Assembly (NCBI RefSeq): GCF_964204645.1
Contig: NC_134030.1
Coordinates: forward strand, 3,514,778 to 3,578,777
Direction: 5' to 3'
Origin: Tubulanus polymorphus
Lineage: Eukaryota; Animalia; Nemertea
Length of the DNA stretch: 64,000 nt
Below, piece after piece: positions 52,418-64,000 of this stretch. Under the pieces are notes generated by a model. The model was not told where the DNA came from, did not search any database, and saw only the letters and a list, made by a program, of their open reading frames with translations. The translations under genes and the position numbers were made by a program. The number at the start of each line of letters is the position of its first letter. The first letter of the stretch is position 1.

Positions 52418-52744
52418 CATCTTCACCCTTTAAGGAATTCGAATCCACTACGCTAAAGCTGTTCCCCGAACCCCTTGACCTCAGGAGTCGTTGGAGTCGT
52501 TACTACTTGACCAGAATCCGGTCGTACCAATCACAGCGCTTGTAACAAACGACTTTAGGCTTCTATTGGTTTTCCCGTTAAATGGACCAATCAGCGAACG
52601 TTTTACCTAACAAGGAAGTATTTCGCAAATCGGTATATGACGTCATGCGCAACAGCGCCAGTAATGAAATCACGCTTCGTGAGGCCAGGGGGGCTAGTGG
52701 AAGCGAGTTCGGGAGTGATACCGGACCCCTGGCAAGCGTGGATG
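52418..52744. mobile_element. Second copy of the 326-bp CATC...GATG element
   Basis: Near-identical to 24776-25101; no clear TSD at this site. Confidence 0.8.
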
Positions 52745-53383
52745 GGCCTCACCAGACCTCCAGACATAGAGCGGCAGCTCAATAGTTAACTCAGGGATGA
52801 TCCAGAAATTTTAACTGAGAATACTCAAGCGCAGTGTTTTCCAAGATTGTTTTTATATTTCAATGAAAAATACATTTTTCTGAGAAAAGAATTTCATTCA
52901 TAAAAATTGTGCATTATACGTACCAGTACCAGTAATTTCTGACAGACGCCAAAACAGCAATCGCCATAAAGATTTGAATTGTGATTAGTTTCATCATTAC
53001 TATGATTGATACATGTCTCAAATGATTAAAAGATATTCGTTCACGAGACAGCGCTAATAAGAGACAAATGTGTAAACTATATGATTTTATTTGGAAAAAA
53101 TACAAAGGTCTTTGCCATGATTGCATAAACAACAGTGCGCGGACATTCATTACAATATCGCTAGATAAGATAGACATATGGATCAAATTACTAAAAAAAA
53201 CTGAAAGAAAGCATGAACCAAATCATTGAGGTTACATTTGATAAACTGAGCACAATAATCCCTCTCGCAGAATCTGCGACGAGGCCGGGGCGGATCCGGG
53301 AACTTTGCTAGGGGTTCATACGTATTCAAATGGACGAACAGTTTGTACAATTTGGCTTTATGAGTTGCATTTTGAGGTAAAGT

Positions 53384-54160
53384 CATACCTCGATTTAACG
53401 CCACCCTTGGGCATTCCTGATTTTGGCGGTAAATAGAGTGTGGCGGTAAATCAGGGTTTAATGTCGAGTCACTAAAATAACTAACCTATCATCTGCTCAG
53501 TAGGCTACGATGTATATTGATGTGATGAATAAAGAAAAAAATCTGAAAAAAACATCCTTTTACAATTAAAAACTTTTTACATAATAAATATCGGGGCACA
53601 TCATCAGGAAAACATCGTAGGCTAGAATAGGAATCATATCACATGCAACATTGATTGTTCATACTACGATACCAATCGCCGCAGATGATTCGTAAATCAT
53701 TGTCTTATTCAATCGTATGGAAAATAATGGTCAGCTATTTTCTATCGCGAATGGATCTTTAATCCTCCCGTTTTTCTTTTACCGTTAATTCAATTCGTTT
53801 CGGTGTCGGTGCCATCTAATGAAATAGTTTTAATTACCGTACCTTACTGGTGGACTAGACTTGCAACAAAGTAAGGTGGTCATGATCGATGAACGAGGTC
53901 ATCGGAATAGTTTTACGGGGGCGCATCGCAATATTATTAAAGATCAAGTTACTAAACTTTTATGATGGCGGTAAATCGGGAAATCATTTGTATAGGATTG
54001 TACCAGGAGATTACGTTTGCGGTGGCGGTATGCGAGGGGCGGTAAATCGGGGTTTTTCCTGTACATTTTAGACACGAATGTTCAGTTTCCCATGAAATCC
54101 AGGCGGTAGGCGAGCTTGGCAGTGATTCGGGGGGGGGCGTTAAATCGATGTATGACTGTA
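53384..54160. mobile_element. Cluster of decayed DNA-transposon ends with repeated GGCGGTAAATCGGG motif
   Basis: The motif recurs at ~53425, 53442, 53968, 54038 and 54137; ends read ...TTTTTCCTGTA and ...TATGACTGTA. Confidence 0.45.
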
Positions 54161-54287
54161 TATTGATGAAGACAGTAAGTACATGTTTGATACCCTCTTA
54201 TCCTGGAAAGGTAGCTCGCAATCTTTTCTGCAGGCTTTAAGGGGGTTCAACGGCAACCCCCTGGATCCGCCGATGAGACGAATCCCT

Positions 54288-54405
54288 GGGCCCGGTTTCA
54301 CGAACGGGGATTAAGCCACTAATTCGGGTTAGTTTGCTAATTCGAATTACACGTATCACCTAATTCGATTTAAAAGTTAATCCCCGTTCGTGAGACCGTG
54401 CCCTG
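54288..54405. mobile_element. Short MITE (GGGCCCGGTTTCACGAACGGGGATTAA / TTAATCCCCGTTCGTGAGACCGTGCCC)
   Basis: ~27-bp TIRs. Confidence 0.75.
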
Positions 54406-54507
54406 TCGAGAGGGGGATGCGTAATTCAAAATGGCGATTGAGCATGTATATGTAATTCTTCTAGATTTGATATGAAGGGACTACGCAATTTTTGGGAGTG
54501 AATGATT

Positions 54508-56995
54508 TTATCTGATCATCCTAGTATTTACATAGTAAATCTCCTGGCAACAGCGTTCAGCTTTACCAGTAAGTGAAGACACGTATGTCGGTGCCTGCAT
54601 ATTCGTGTGGAAATGATATATCTTAAAACCATCTAACTCAAGATTATCGAATATAGTTAAATGTCGTCGTAATTCATTCATGTGTTTTTTTACATATTCT
54701 GCGTTACTAATGTTGGCTTTATTCAAATGATATTCAACTCCTAATTGTCTAACGTGACTGAAAGTTCCCGCTTTAATCATCTGTTCAAAAGTGTCCCATT
54801 CATTAGATTCGACGTCTATTTTCAAATAGTCTATGATCATCTGAAAAGACAGAAAAAATAGCAAAATTCCGCATCTCTGATAAATAAGCATATAAATTTA
54901 GAGTAGAAATACGTACATTTTCATGGCCCAGAGCTTTCATAATGCTAGCAACTGTTAGGATTTTCCATCCCATTGTATTCATACCATTCGTACCACCAAC
55001 ACCCAAATTGTGAAAGCTGATGTATTTTCCACGTTTATAATCGACCTGATTAATGCTTTAATGTAAAAACATACATATACGAAAACATATTTCGGAATCA
55101 CATAAAAGAGACTATGTGAAAATAGAAAAATAGGATATCCGTTTGTTTTACCTTGGATCAAACGAATGTATTTCACAATTTAATTCTTCGGCTACACTAT
55201 CGTCAAATGAATAATCATTGGCAATTCTGAAAAATATATTTATATATCTTTATTCGTGACAATGTTACAAGTAGAAAAATAGAAAAATAGTCAAAAAGCA
55301 AAAATAACACTATTGTTACTATTTACATAAATGGCCTAGGGGCCAAGAAACATAGACATCAGGTTAATTACTCAAGGGAGGTAGGAGTTCCAATTATCAT
55401 CGTAGATTAATCAATTTAATACGAATAAATAGATGAAGTATTAGATACCAAAAACTAATTATTATATGGGTGCAACCATTCAATACGTATTAAAGAGGGC
55501 CCATGTTCAAAACACTTCGAAAGCTATTACGATTTATAAGATGTCTTACCCGAATGAATAAACCAGGCATTTTCTTCTGTGTAAAGTAAATGGTTCATCG
55601 AAACATATTTCCCAACCACCGTCACCGACATTTCCAAAACGACGCATCTGTTTACAATTGAAACTCTTGCGCAGTATTTTGCTACAATTTAAGATGAAAA
55701 GAGACATAATTAGGCTGTTGTTTATAATATATCGTTTATATGATTGTGTTCTTGCTTTTGTTACGGTGAATCCTGATCGCCGGCTTTTAGTTACCTGTGA
55801 TAGAGATGAAACAACTCGGAATAAGAATTCGGGTATTCGAATTTCTTCATCTGTAATACATTAAAAAATATCATTGTATCATCGGTCGAATAAGCTTATT
55901 TCCGGATCCACTCATAAATTGGGTATTATCGATACTTATGGCGGGCTCGACCAAGACTATCGTCAGTCTACGTACCTCTCTGAGAGCAATGGGCATCGGG
56001 TATGTCTTAAGCCATAGTGAGTTGTCTACTTTTATTTCTACACTTTCCATCTGTGGTATATAATATTGAAACATGTTAATATGATTAGGCCCTAAATGTC
56101 AGTTGCGCATAAAGATAGGCGTATTGGACGATGGAATATACAACCGCTATCCATGTCCTGTTTCATTCTAGTATTTTCATTTATTTCAATAATGTTTCAT
56201 AATGAATTTTTTACCATACAAATTTAATAAAGTAAAACATAATTTCAACGATGTGTTTCAATAGAGATCAACAGTGGAGATGTTGTTTTGATACAGAAGC
56301 ATAATACCACGGTGATGGATGTGATCCGAAGGATATGACCGTTAATATGATAAAGACCCACTTTAAGATAAAAACCCACAATAATTATTATATCGGGCAT
56401 TTATCTTATTATCTGTCCTCCACGTTTGAGCGTGGTTATTCTACTGTAATAAGCGTTGTTTTTATGTCCATGCTGAAAAAGGTGATTTATCGGTAGAAAA
56501 CTTATAACATGTTGTATTGATCTTCAAATCTGATTTCTTAAAAAAATGTGAACATGTTACACTTTTACTACGTGTGATATAGTGGTTTGTTCGGTATAAT
56601 GCCGTCTTTAAACACCAGGGGCCGGCGCTTTACAGACTGGTATTAACTTTAACCCGGGGGCTAAATCAATTCATTTTCAATTGAGTTAGCCCCCGGGTTA
56701 AAGATGACACCCAGTCTATAAAACTGACTATGAATTTAACGTAAAAACCGTGAAAGAGTATAAAGGACACATTCCGGATTTTGCTGGTCACTGCAACGAC
56801 TACGATTCGGCAGAACCTGCGGAGTTATCGGCAGGCTTGCCCGGCGGTAACGTCAGCGGTGCAGCTACATACCTCCCGGATTGCAATAGGCATCCGGTGT
56901 ATCTTGTTATCTTCACCACGCCGAAATAGAATGAAATATCCTCCAAACACAAGCACGACTGCTATAAGCAAGTATGATAAGCGGAATTGACGCAT
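54508..56995 (-). CDS. METTL24-like methyltransferase, copy 2, ~310 aa
   Basis: Exons 56995-56873, 56050-55976, 55850-55795, 55681-55550, 55226-55152, 55055-54917 and 54840-54508, with the same motifs as copy 1. An in-frame upstream ATG lies at 57031. Confidence 0.87.
56359..56445. mobile_element. Collapsed family-C fold-back remnant with 3' tail
   Basis: TAAGATAAAAACCCAC ... TTTTATCTTATTATCTGTCCTCCACGTTTGAGCGTGGTTATTCTAC matches 47660-47675 and 47879-47927. Confidence 0.65.
56617..56727. mobile_element. Palindromic MITE (empty copy of the host element at 24725-25143)
   Basis: CTTTAACCCGGGGGCTAA...TTAGCCCCCGGGTTAAAG core. Confidence 0.7.
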
Positions 56996-59084
56996 CGTTC
57001 GCGTTCGACCGAGGATCAATCTCTCGATCATTTATACTATACTCTCAGCTGCGTCTGTGAATATACTAGTGCACATGTATAGGCCTATATTTAGATGTTC
57101 CACTGGGCTGTAAATGCGCCTGGGCTGGTTTTTTTAATAACCGGTTTCACCAGGTTTTTTTGTAAGAATGAATGGGAAATCAAGTCACTTCTACAGAGAA
57201 AAAAAACGTCTAGGTACAACACGATGTGGTTGGCCTGGTTACGACGAGGCGTATAATAATATGACATTTGAAGTTTTTTTTTTTCAGAGACCGTTGTCGC
57301 CTTCTTAAGCTATTGCTTTCCGCTGTTTATATTACAAATAATACTTCTAAAGCTTCATTCTAATCTACAGGTATTTCTATTATTTATCAAACAAGTGTCG
57401 CAAAGAATATCGGACAGAGGTGACCGTTCAAAAAAAATTCTAAGCATGAAAAAGTCAAAATTATGGGTCATATATATTTGACCCTAAATTTGATGTAGCA
57501 CGCAGCCTATTCATTTCATTGGATGTTTGTTACCTACATGTGAAAGGAGAATTTGTTTATGTAATTACAGACATGAGCCATATACATGAGTGCCATTTTT
57601 GTCATTTGGGCGCTTTGGGTGCCAAGATCCAGAGTTCCTTCAAATTGTCAAAATTTTCACAAAGATTTCCGGAAAAAGCTTCACACGTGCGACACTCATA
57701 AAGATATGAGTCTACGACACTCGTAACAGCGTGCGCTCCATATTTCGATGGACCGAGATTAATTGCGTGGCCTGAAGTATTCTTAATGAGTTCCATTTAA
57801 CCTATATTCCCCCACTCCAATTATACTAATTGTACTACATAAGGTAAATACGTGCATGATCATTTTTGTAAACAGCCGGGTTGTTGTCAGATGAGTCTTC
57901 TTAATGTGTGCTCCTCGATTAACTGTTATTCGTACTCTTAGAAATGCTATGTAAATTTGTCGAATCATTTGACGGTAGATTTAATGCGTACGTAATGTTT
58001 GGAGTTTTTATTAAACATATCGCTGCACATTTATACATGCGTTCACTTCAATACATGCATAGATAATAAGTTCTTTTCCTTACACGTCAACTGCACGATC
58101 AACTATGCTGCTTCAATAGTTATTGGATTTTTTGCTATAAATTAATGACAGATGTGCATCCGGGTCGTCTTTTGTAACCGTTTTTTTTATGTATCGAATG
58201 AAAACAATCAAAATGAATTTATTTTTCAGAGCATACTTACTACACAGAGACTGCATAAACCATATACTGCCGTGTGACAGTGGTCTCAAACATTTTACAG
58301 TTGTTAGCCACCATTTTGTTCGGATAGTTTTGTTCGGTAGACTAGTCAAATGCACGCATAAGAAAAACGGCCATGAACCTCTTGACTGGTTTCAGAAGCA
58401 CTGCAACGGAATTGGATGACAACTCGCCAAGATATAATATATTGCTATATTAAGATGAATTTTATTTGAAAAGGGGAGTGATTTAATGTGTGCATTCTTG
58501 AAATGTTTGAGAATTGGAAAATCATTCTTGAAAATTATAACGAAATCTTCACGGTTATTACACGTGTTACAAATAAAAGAGAAGACACAAAAATGCCAAC
58601 TCGGGACACAACAGGAAAAAGTTCCCTTTTACAAAATGGCACTAAAAAGAATCCATATTTTATCAGAAATTCATATTCCTTTTCATAATTATAAAAAAAA
58701 TGTAGTTTTTTATCAAGATCAGATGTTTAGTCACAATGGACAAGGATGGATGTTCAGTATTTTGGCAATGAATTTCTCCACTCAATTAAAGTTCCAATAA
58801 AAGGCGAGTACACATAAACTATGATGATAGAAACACATTAGCGTCAAATTTAGACGTATTTCTTGAGATCACGATTTGTAGAATGTTTGATATTACCTTT
58901 ACATACGTATAGCTGATAATCAAATAATGAAATAAGGATTTTCTATAAGATTTACAATTCGTACAAAAGTACCATGGAATGCGAGGAGTTAGTAAACTAG
59001 GGGTCCAGGGACACCATGCCCACTTGGGAAGTGGTTCCAAATGCTCAACAATCTAACAATTTCAATATTCAACGCCCCGCAACG

Positions 59085-59325
59085 TTCAAAAATGTGTAAA
59101 ACGTGCTGATTTTGGCGAACAACAATGGCTGCCAGTCGGCCATCTTGATTCTGACAGGGCCAGTTTTTGGGCTGAAGATGGGTCTAGGGTAGATACATGT
59201 GTAACCCAAATATCAAAACTTCCCAAAATAACTGGATTCCGTCTACGGACGGACGGACGGACGACGGACGAAAAGTGAACGCAATAGCCCGCTGGGACTA
59301 AAGTCCCAAGTGGGCTAAAAAAAAT
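59085..59325. mobile_element. HINE/Helentron-type (pearl/DINE-1-like) non-autonomous element end
   Basis: A (GGAC)n microsatellite is followed by the terminal hairpin TAGCCCGCTGGGACT-AA-AGTCCCAAGTGGGCTA and an A-run, the layout described for invertebrate HINEs. Confidence 0.7.
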
Positions 59326-60057
59326 TAACGCCTTGGTTCTATAAGTTACCACCAACTAATCATAGCCACTGTCTCTGATCCATGTTTCTCACCGCAACAA
59401 GGACAGACCGATAAGTTGTGTCAAATTTTCACCCACCCATTATGTTGGAATACGTCATAAAACATCACACATAGACATTTATAAAATCATATTAAAAATC
59501 TTTAAATATTTTGGATTATAAAATTAATTTAAATCTTAAGACTTAACGATTATTGAAATGATATTTCGTTTTTTTACCTTCATTTAAATCTTTGTAGCAT
59601 TCTATTTTACTTTTCAAAATCATCATCTTAAGGTTTAAATTATATACATAAAAACTACAGAACGTCTTAAAAACACCAATAATCACAATAATATTAAAAT
59701 TAAATTTGATAAATAATAGTTTTGAGTGGAAACAAGAACTTTCGTAGAAAAAGCACATTTCAATTTTGATCAATACACTTCCAAACTGGGAGTCTGGGAC
59801 GTGGTACTGAAACGCTCAAACATCTGACAATTACGACATCCATTCAATGACGTCTTCAAAATTTCAAAAAGATCGTCAAAAAGATGTAGATGTGTCGAGC
59901 GACTAAGGTAGAGACAGATGTGTCTAGAAGATATGTAAAAATTTTCGAGACAATCATTCAAAGCGTTTTCAAAACTTTCGAGAATAATTCTACGATGGAC
60001 GAAAAGAAAACGCAACAAACACTATAACATACTAACATACGGCAGGAACCAACGCTT

Positions 60058-62289
60058 TCAATTTTCTATAAACCTAGTATTTACATAGTATATTTCCTGG
60101 CAGCAGCGTTCAGTTTTGCCAGTAAGTGAAGAGACGTATGTCGGTGCCGCCATATTAGTATGAAAGTGATATATTTTAAATCCGTAGGCTTCGAGATTGT
60201 CGAATATCGCTAGATTCCGTCGTATTTCAATCATGTGTTTTTCCTCTTCTTTTGCGTTGCCTTTGTAAGCGTTATTTATGTGATATTCAATTCCAATTTG
60301 TTTGACGCGATCAACTGTTCCCGCTTTCATCATTTGTGCCAATGTGTCCCATTCGGATGATTCGACGTCTATTTTGAAATAGTCTATAATTCTCTGAAAA
60401 CAACAGGAAACATTTTCTTATTCTGTCATTGATAATCGTAAAATGCGTATCCTACAATGCGTACATTTTCGTGTCCCAATGATTTCATAATGCTGTCAAC
60501 CGTCATCAACTTCCAACCGTTCTTATTCGTGAAATCAGTCCCAGACACTCCCAGATTGTGAAACTGGATATAATTTCCTCGTTTATAATCTTTCTGACCA
60601 ATGCTTAAACGGCAATTAAAATGTATTCTGTTTAGGCAAGTGATTAGCCGTAATTTGAAGGACGCTTTAATTCAAAGATTTACAGATCAAAAAGAGAATT
60701 TCGAATCTACCGTTACGGTATTAAGACCTACCTTGGATCAAACGCGTGTATTTCACAATTCAGATCTTTTGCCACGTGATCATCGAATGAGTAATCGTTA
60801 GCAATTCTGAGATATAGAAGAAAGTTTCAGGGGAAATCGATTTGAGTGCATTTCAATAACAGATAATCATTCGTATCAAACTCACAATGTTAGTTACGGT
60901 TACAGTATTTCAGATATGAATTCCCATTAAAGGACAAGGTACTGGTATTGACGATATTGGTGATCATTAAAAAGATTTGGCAGCGACAAGCTGTACATAC
61001 ATCTAATTTAACATTACTTTACTTTACTTTATTTTACTTTACTTGACTTAACATTACGGTACTTTACTTTATTTGACAAACTCTTGGTCTTAATGCAAAG
61101 ACAATTCGAGTGAACTTAGACACGTGACCGAGCGACCACTCAATACGATTATGACCAGTAATATTCTTATATCTTACCCGAATGAATAAACCAGACAATT
61201 TCCTTTTTTCAAAGTATATGGTTCATCGACGCACATTTCCCAACCACCGTCACCGGCATTTCCAAAACGACGCATCTGTTTGCAATTGAAACTCTTGCGC
61301 AGTATTTTGCTACAATTCAAAGATACTCTCATACATGACTATGATACTCTCATACATGACTACATTTTACTCGAGTCAATAACTCAAGGCTAAGATGATT
61401 TTGATTAATCACTTAATCATATCATATCATTATGTTTTATATTCAACAATAGGGAAATTATTGGCCCGGCCGTCCCCCGGTTAAATCGGCCCTGCTTAGT
61501 CAGATTAAAATGTGAAAACTAATAATGTCCTCGTGACCCTTTCGTACATGACTGTAATGATTGAGGTGGGGTTTGTAATTCAGCGTTGAATCTTTGCCTC
61601 AATGATCGTCAGAATGAAATGATTGTTTATTCTATTTGGATTCTAATGTCTAAATGGTTAATTTCTTTAATTTCTATTGTTTGTGGCTGTTGCCTTACCT
61701 ATGATAAAGATTGAACAACTCGAGATGACCTTTCGGATATTGGAGCTTGTCTGCCACCACGGGCTTCTCTAACACTTTCTATATAATAAAAACAGGAAAC
61801 TCAATCTTGTTATAAAATATGCAGCAAATTCCTATGATTTATCATAATTAAGATAGTTTAAGGCGTTATTTTCATCAGCAATCACATAGCACCATTTTTT
61901 ATGTAGCGTTGTATGAATTGGATAAATAACAGGTCTTGTTCCAAATAAGTTGCTATACGGTGTTTTGGGTGCTTCGTAAGGATTTGCTTTATGCTAGTGA
62001 TTTAGAAATCTACGTAATATAAAAAATGACCAGCTCCACGCGGTAATGCATTTCATGAATACAATTCCATCTGCATTTTATATATGCCAAAATTCCTATA
62101 TACATGTACATTTTTCAATACTTTTAGATATAACAACAGCCTACATACCGGTACTGCTATATCAGCTTTCATGACGGTTGATGATGATAACGTGTCGTGC
62201 CTGTTCCCAAAATAGCGGAAAAATCCTCGGCCGCAAATCAACACAACCACGACCAATAAGAGTAAAGGTCCAATTTTATTCAGCTTCAT
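60058..62289 (-). CDS. METTL24-like methyltransferase, copy 3 (more divergent), ~300 aa
   Basis: Exons 62289-62149, 61778-61699, 61309-61178, 60806-60732, 60603-60465 and 60393-60058. TM LLLLVVVVLICG; RFGNAGDGGWEMC, CLVYSFGI, CEIHAFDPS, IIDYFKIDVESSEW, QIGIEYH. Confidence 0.85.
61015..61072. repeat. Degenerate (TTTAC)n repeat
   Basis: Directly visible. Confidence 0.7.
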
Positions 62290-62547
62290 TTCGCTCGTAA
62301 GACCCTTAGCCACTGCTGAAGAATAGTAAATCTTGTTCTAAAACGAGTTTGAGACTAGTACAAAGACCCTATCTTTGTACAGGAAAACATATTTTGTAGG
62401 TCAGAAGTGATTTCGATATCTACAAAATCGTATGTACACAACCAAAATTCATGAATTTCTGACACAACCGACAGTATGAGCATAGCATATTTACCTATAC
62501 AACTCCATATATTTACATGGTAAATTATTCGTAAATAAAATATAATT

Positions 62548-62576
62548 ATCATCATCATCATCATCATCATCATCAT
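62548..62576. repeat. (CAT)n microsatellite
   Basis: Directly visible; source of the poly-Met ORF. Confidence 0.9.
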
Positions 62577-62672
62577 AATAATAACATATGACCATATATT
62601 TCAATAACAACCCACATAATTCAAGGCAAATAATAATCAAGTCATAGAATCTTTTTTATCTTATAGGGATTT

Positions 62673-63480
62673 ATTGACCCTGTTATTTATTTGATTGGTA
62701 TAGATTTCGTTTGGCTTTTTGAATAGTTGTCTCTTACCAACCCACCACACCTGCCGGGAGCGAAACCGTGACGACCAAAAACATATGTGTTTTTCAAACA
62801 TTTGATTATAGATAATTACTGCACTTCGATTCTAGATTAAATATGATCGTTTTAAATGCAAGTAACACTTCAAGTATAAAATACATGAGGTTATTGTTGC
62901 GCGACCATTGCATTTCAGTAGTGTCACTAAAAGTACAGTTCGGCGTCTGTGCATATGATACCCGTTTCAACCCGTTCCAACTTCCTCTTTTCTGTAGCAG
63001 GAGTTTACAGCTGTTCACTGTAGTTTCATATTGTGTGAGTTAAAGTCAATAGAGCGATTAATTGATATTTCATAAATTTTGCTGAAATCTCCACGGCAAC
63101 GGAAACATAAGTGATTTTGACCAGAGTTATGCCCGACGAACACGGCTTCCATCAAAGCTTCCACAATACCTACGATGAGATGATGTGAAAACTAAATGTA
63201 CTCATGCACAACTGCATGGTGCAACAACTATTTTTTACGCGTTTATACGCGTACTTTACGTTTACCGATGATGGTTGCCACGCACTTTATACTGTATAGA
63301 ATTATGATTAGATTTAATGAATGTGCACCGGCAGCTGTTGAGATAAATAGATATAGCGGTCACCTGGGTTAGCTGGTTTAGCGAACCCCCTGTTTCGCTC
63401 CCGGCAGGTGGGGTGGGTTTGTAAGACACACAGCACAAAAAACCAAACGAGCTACCTATCAAATAAATAACAGGGTCAAT
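62673..63480. mobile_element. ~810-bp element bounded by ~90-bp imperfect inverted repeats
   Basis: ATTGACCCTGTTATTTATTTGAT...ACCTGCCGGGAGCGAAAC (62673-62766) versus GTTTCGCTCCCGGCAGGT...ATCAAATAAATAACAGGGTCAAT (63392-63480). Confidence 0.6.
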
Positions 63481-64000
63481 CGCTATTTTACGAACAGATA
63501 GCTGAGTGAATTATTTTTTCGTTTAATTCACTACATCACATAAACTGTACTAAAGAAATATCAAGAGGACGCTCAATGTATTTTTGACACCATAGTGTAC
63601 GCTTAATTCTTATTGTCAAAAATAGAGAGAAATCAAATATATGAAATCGTATAATTGAAATTGCCCTGCGACCTATCACAAATGTGAATGATCGGTGTGA
63701 ATGATCTCAAAGTCTACATTTATATGTCAGTGATAAGACTGATAAGACCATGAACCTAACTACGTACACAGTCTACGTACGATCTTGGAGTATTCCAATG
63801 TAGTCTAGTACGGTACCTAGCCGTTACCTATGGTTACCCGTAAACAACGAAGAAACATAAGAATGATGCTGCAGAATGATGAGCTAAATCTCACTCGCGT
63901 GTGAACTGTTATTGTTATTTCACATATATTAGTATGAGATGTATGATTCGGAAAGAAGCCGTGAAAATTAGTCAATTCTCTCTTCCACTAAGAAGCCTTG

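Noticed and set aside
61896-62009. Possible extra exon in METTL24-like copy 3
   Set aside because: All three frames after the candidate acceptor hit stops within 7 codons.

Overview
This is AT-rich eukaryotic (invertebrate metazoan, probably lophotrochozoan) genomic DNA with spliced genes, so the ORF track only shows exon fragments. Hand-spliced gene models in order: POLR2H/RPB8 first coding exon (-, no further exons found in the window); hormone-sensitive lipase LIPE (-, 8 coding exons) head-to-head with UFC1 (+); GATAD1 (+) tail-to-tail with USP1 (-, 9 coding exons); an unrecognised 762-aa basic-head/acidic-tail protein (+); and three tandem METTL24-like type II membrane methyltransferases (-). 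The most striking non-coding feature is a set of short (175-320 bp) fold-back retro-insertions from three divergent sequence families. They share one architecture: minimal type I hammerhead ribozyme, GTGGGATT motif, ~35-nt 3' tail with a CAC/GTG hairpin, an inverted arm that stops where the tail begins, and ~10-14 bp target-site duplications. These look like non-autonomous Penelope-like (pLTR) ribozyme elements. Also present: a ~500-bp palindrome in the probable LIPE 5' intron with a diverged relative at 47.5 kb, many MITEs (some nested), a HINE/Helentron-like end, SINE-like fragments and microsatellites. All coordinates were read by eye and may be off by a few bases.
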